Assembly (NCBI GenBank): GCA_028716485.1
Contig: JAQUPS010000007.1
Span: 1 to 63,343 of the forward strand
Direction: 5' to 3'
Source: Patescibacteria group bacterium
GTDB lineage: Bacteria; Patescibacteriota; Patescibacteriia; Patescibacteriales; WJLG01
DNA: 63,343 bases
The position numbers and the translations under genes were made by a program. The notes below the pieces were generated by a model. It ran no database searches, had not been told where the DNA came from, and saw only the letters and a program-made list of their open reading frames with translations. Shown here in pieces: positions 61,380 to 63,343 of the stretch. How positions within the stretch are numbered: position 1 is the stretch's first letter; the number at the start of each line of letters is the position of its first letter.

Positions 61380-63335
61380 TTATTTTACCAAATTTAAATT
61401 AGTGCTCGTGGCGGTGGGATTTTTTTGCCGAGTAAAATAATATTGCAAAATATCATAGGCAACATTCAGAGAAATCTGGCTTCCCTCTTTGCCCTCCTCA
61501 ACCAAAACCGTCACCACGATTTCCGGTTTTTTATAGGGCGCGAAGCAAGTGAACCAGGCGTGCGGAGTTTCACCCGCCGCGCCCCATTGCGCCGTGCCGG
61601 TCTTGGCCGCCGCTTCCACGGGCAAGCTCTGCAATTTTGCCGCGCTGCCTGCCGTCACCGCCTGCCGCATCCCCTGACGCACCACTTCAATATTATAGCT
61701 ATCCACCATATTTTGCCGGATGATTTTCGGCTGAACCGGTGTGATGGTTTGATCATTATTAGTCAGAACTGCTTTGACCACCTGCGGCTGATAAAGCGTG
61801 CCGTGATTGGCAAAGACCGCCGTCCAATTGGCGTCTTGCAAGGGCGTTACCAATAAATCACCCTGCCCGATGGCCAAATGATAAGTATCGCCGATATACC
61901 ATTTTTCGCCGCGCACCTGTTCTTTCCAGGCTTTGCTCGGCACGAACCCCGGCGATTCATTGGGCAAATCGATTCCGGTTTCCATTCCCAAACCGAAAAG
62001 CAGCAGATATTTGGCAAGGCGGTCCACGCCCAAGCCGGCAAAATTTTCATAGCCGCCGCCGATCATGTAGAAAAAAGTATTGACCGACCAGGCCAGGGCT
62101 TTGCGCACGTCGGTAATCCCGTGTCCGCCAGCCAACCAATCGGGGAAAAACCATTGATTAACTTTCAGCCCGCCGGTGGAATTTACCGTGGTATGTTCGG
62201 AAATGATTTTTTCCTGCAGGGCGGCCGCGGCCACGACCATCTTTACCGTCGAACCGGACGGATATTCGCCGGAAATCGAACGGTCAAAAAGCGGATTGTC
62301 CGGAGCATTGGCAAGCTGGCTATATTCATCAGCTGTGATGCCGCGGGCGAAAACCGTATTGTCATAAGAAGGCAAGCTGATTAGCGTCAAAATTTCTCCG
62401 TTGTTCGGGTCCATTATCACCACTGCCGCTTTGCCGCCGATCTTGGATTCTTTCAAACGCCGCTGCAAAATCTCCTCGGCTTTTTTCTGCAAATCATAAT
62501 CAATGCTCAATTCCAAATCGCCGCCATTGACCGCCGGCTGTTCGCTGATAACTTTTTTTTCATTGCCCATGGCATCGACTTCGATTTTCGATACGCCGCT
62601 TTTACCTTTCAGCGCGCTTTCCCAGGAATTCTCCACCCCGGCCTTGCCGATATAATCGATCGGCGAATAATCCGGGCCGTATCTTTCCAAATCGCTGCCG
62701 CTTACCTTGCCGGTATAGCCTAAAACGTGAGAAAGCGACAAAACTCCGTCAGTGAGATATTCCCGGCGGTCTTTGGCGGACAGAATAACGCCGGGCATAT
62801 TTTCGGCCGACAGATAAAAAAGCATGGCCTTGTCATAATCAAGATTGTCGATAACAAAGATCGGCTGGGCGTAATTCGAAGAACCGGGAGCAAGTTTGGC
62901 GAGCTGATCACGCAAACCGTTGAGCAAAGTTTCCTTTTGCGCCGCGTCAGCGGGAAAAATAAGCGCGCCGGCCTTTTCCAAAATTTCATTTCTCTTTTCC
63001 GGATCAGCCGGCAATTCGGCCGGCAGAAGATATAAAATAAAATTGGCGGCATTGCGCACCAGCGGCCGGCCGGTCCGGTCGTAAATTATTCCCCGCTTGG
63101 CTTCGACGCGCTGCGTTCTGACGCTATTGCCTTCCGAGAGCGAAGAATAATAATCACCCCTGATGATTTGCAGCCAGGCAACGCGGCCGAGAAGCAAGCC
63201 GCCGAAAACGACGACAAAAATAATAAAATATTTAAGCCGGGAAAATTCAAAAGTCCGGCCGACCACCTCGCCGATTTTTCCGCTCGGAATAAATGAGCTC
63301 TCGATCCATTCGCGGAAATGAGAATATTTTTCCAA
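61380..63335 (-). CDS. mrdA: Penicillin-binding protein 2 (peptidoglycan D,D-transpeptidase)
   Basis: SxxK is SGSTVKM, SxN is WSVNT and KTG is KTGTAQ, with an N-terminal TM helix. The first in-window start is a TTG at 63335, and the true start could lie beyond the right edge. Confidence 0.9.
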   Translation of the reverse strand: MEKYSHFREWIESSFIPSGKIGEVVGRTFEFSRLKYFIIFVVVFGGLLLGRVAWLQIIRGDYYSSLSEGNSVRTQRVEAKRGIIYDRTGRPLVRNAANFILYLLPAELPADPEKRNEILEKAGALIFPADAAQKETLLNGLRDQLAKLAPGSSNYAQPIFVIDNLDYDKAMLFYLSAENMPGVILSAKDRREYLTDGVLSLSHVLGYTGKVSGSDLERYGPDYSPIDYIGKAGVENSWESALKGKSGVSKIEVDAMGNEKKVISEQPAVNGGDLELSIDYDLQKKAEEILQRRLKESKIGGKAAVVIMDPNNGEILTLISLPSYDNTVFARGITADEYSQLANAPDNPLFDRSISGEYPSGSTVKMVVAAAALQEKIISEHTTVNSTGGLKVNQWFFPDWLAGGHGITDVRKALAWSVNTFFYMIGGGYENFAGLGVDRLAKYLLLFGLGMETGIDLPNESPGFVPSKAWKEQVRGEKWYIGDTYHLAIGQGDLLVTPLQDANWTAVFANHGTLYQPQVVKAVLTNNDQTITPVQPKIIRQNMVDSYNIEVVRQGMRQAVTAGSAAKLQSLPVEAAAKTGTAQWGAAGETPHAWFTCFAPYKKPEIVVTVLVEEGKEGSQISLNVAYDILQYYFTRQKNPTATSTNLNLVK

Positions 63336-63343
63336 TTTGCCAT

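Overview
The window looks like one contiguous chromosomal segment of a small-genome, Patescibacteria/CPR-like bacterium. That assignment is an inference from gene content: an L30-less ribosomal cluster, DUF5667/DUF5671-type membrane proteins, a minimal peptidoglycan gene set and very tight spacers. I call 67 CDS and 2 tRNAs; 65 CDS and both tRNAs lie on the minus strand. No rRNA, CRISPR array, integrase or transposase gene was seen. Gene order in minus-strand reading direction (high to low coordinate): PBP2, a two-gene secreted-protein cassette, ileS, lemA, htpX, ruvA, a femX-like gene, two small ORFs and a murE-like gene. Then rpoB, rpoC, rpmB, an M50 protease, a Zn-ribbon ORF, rpsL-rpsG-fusA-(acidic ORF)-tuf, the S10/spc ribosomal clusters (rpsJ to rplO), secY, two unknown ORFs, adk and map. 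Then ruvX, recO, aspS, a ybaK-like gene, a membrane protein, scpA/scpB, a D-Ala-D-Ala carboxypeptidase, tpiA, a TPR protein, tRNA-Thr, a ROK kinase, an HTH/LAGLIDADG-like ORF and tRNA-Tyr. Last come HU, an Xis-like HTH gene (plus strand), an ECF sigma/anti-sigma pair, a methyltransferase and the 5' part of a very large secreted surface protein. Most unusual observations: (1) ileS carries a complete histidine-phosphatase (PGAM-like) domain inserted in frame between its two zinc-knuckle segments. (2) Nearly every intergenic spacer, including those inside ribosomal operons, is filled edge to edge by an imperfect hairpin whose arms are tandem ~7-nt repeats in recurring families, and several CDS ends are encoded by these arms. 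(3) Several longer palindromic repeat families occur (57-nt, twin-hairpin, about 110-bp AT-rich, GTCATCCYGAGCG type). Copies or relatives are inserted in frame into ileS and the femX-like gene, one with a 12-bp direct duplication. (4) A self-contained cassette between ileS and PBP2 encodes two secreted proteins, one Cys/His hydrolase-like. (5) A plus-strand HTH gene is preceded by a near-consensus promoter and three related palindromic operator-like sites. Functional calls come from motif recognition in the supplied translations; no database search was run.
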